Part shown: positions 63,207 through 64,000 of the stretch, one piece after another
Numbering within the stretch: position 1 is the first letter of the stretch
Layout of the letters: the number at the start of each line of letters is the position of its first letter
From: an uncultured Candidatus Saccharibacteria bacterium
Lineage (GTDB): Bacteria; Patescibacteriota; Minisyncoccia; Phycocordibacterales; JAKAEA01
Direction: 5' to 3'
Length of the DNA: 64,000 nucleotides
NCBI GenBank assembly: GCA_964577595.1
Contig: CAZNZK010000001.1
Location: 208,144 to 272,143, forward strand
Translations under genes and position numbers: made by a program
The notes under the pieces: model-generated
Seen by the model: only the letters and a program-made list of their open reading frames with translations
Databases searched by the model: none
Told to the model about the DNA's origin: nothing

Positions 63207-63985
63207 TCGCCAGTGATGGGGAAAATCGCTCCAGACCCTTTCGTTAACTCTTCGACTATATTTTTGTTTCCGGCTATAAGATTAGTATTTTTATAGTCAT
63301 ATGAAGTACTTCCAATATTGGCCACAATACCACCCGCCTCCGAAACAAGCAGGCTTCCTGGGGCAAAATCATAATCTTTACCAAATGGATCAAAACATAT
63401 TCTGGCCTCTATCTTCCCGGTAGCAACTAAGACAAACTCGTAGCCTGAACTTATTGTCTGGAGCAGGAGTGATTTAGCTCTTACCTTATTTCGGATTTCC
63501 ACATTTTGTGGTTTAGTCTGATTAGTTTCCAACGCCACAACAGATTGATTTACTGGACGACTGCTTACACTAATCTTTTCTCCATTTTTAAAAGCACCAA
63601 CACCCTTTTCCGCGTGATACATGATGTCGTTTACAAAATCATAGATTGCTGAGAAAATCACTTGACCATCCTGAATCAAAGCCACCATGGTTGTGCAAAA
63701 TGGAGTACCTCGCACAAAATGCATCGTCCCGTCAATTGGATCAACGAGCCAGAGTTTCTTGGCATCACGACTTCCCCCAAACTCCTCACCAGCAAATTCA
63801 ATGGAGGGGTCTATTTTCTTAAATTCTTCAGCAAGATATGTTTCTACTTTACGATCAAGTTCCGTAACCACATTATGTGGAGACGAGTCTTTTTGAGCGG
63901 CTATTTCCACCTTTCCCCAAAAAGGCAGTGTAATGTCTCTCGTTGAACGAATAATGGGTAAAACTTTTTGAGCAATATTTTTCAT
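63203..63985 (-). CDS. Inositol monophosphatase family protein
   Basis: VVTELD..VE, GEE, WLVDPIDGT.HF..G, YD.APG.LLV.EAGG.V. Confidence 0.92.
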   Translation of the reverse strand: MKNIAQKVLPIIRSTRDITLPFWGKVEIAAQKDSSPHNVVTELDRKVETYLAEEFKKIDPSIEFAGEEFGGSRDAKKLWLVDPIDGTMHFVRGTPFCTTMVALIQDGQVIFSAIYDFVNDIMYHAEKGVGAFKNGEKISVSSRPVNQSVVALETNQTKPQNVEIRNKVRAKSLLLQTISSGYEFVLVATGKIEARICFDPFGKDYDFAPGSLLVSEAGGIVANIGSTSYDYKNTNLIAGNKNIVEELTKGSGAIFPITGE

Positions 63986-64000
63986 ATCTTTAGAATTTCA

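Noticed and set aside
1-64000. Alternative genetic code (TGA=Gly) as in Gracilibacteria
   Set aside because: Conserved genes are full length in code 11, and TGA terminates some of them at the expected positions (for example rsmG).

Overview
Bacterial genomic DNA in genetic code 11 (TGA used as stop). The gene content suggests a Patescibacteria/CPR (Parcubacteria-like) genome: small orphan membrane proteins, cohesin/dockerin proteins, a class F sortase, glgA+GH57 and mostly SD-less AT-rich leaders. This assignment is inference. Left end (~570-4665): a compact AT-richer element abutting tRNA-Val(CAC). It carries a ~310-nt region folding into one long rod-like hairpin, a putative winged-helix protein, a small protein, a gene II/X-type rolling-circle Rep and a large serine recombinase whose last codons are the antisense of the tRNA 3' end. 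Middle: housekeeping and envelope genes (FKBP, LOG, rsmG, a cytochrome b5/ferric reductase/ECF sigma/MacAB-like cluster, glgA, GH57, M23, DEAD-box helicase). These are followed by an 18.5-kb gene for a 6183-aa surface protein (GLUG/Gly-rich region, 23 FN3 domains, C-terminal dockerin), directly upstream of two membrane-anchored cohesin-like genes. Right end (60.8-64 kb): an AT-rich run of co-oriented small genes separated by three gap-free copies of a ~34-bp direct repeat lying at gene 3' ends. This resembles an integron-like cassette array, but the sites are not attC. No CRISPR array, rRNA or reverse transcriptase was seen. All calls come from motif reading by eye; no searches were run.
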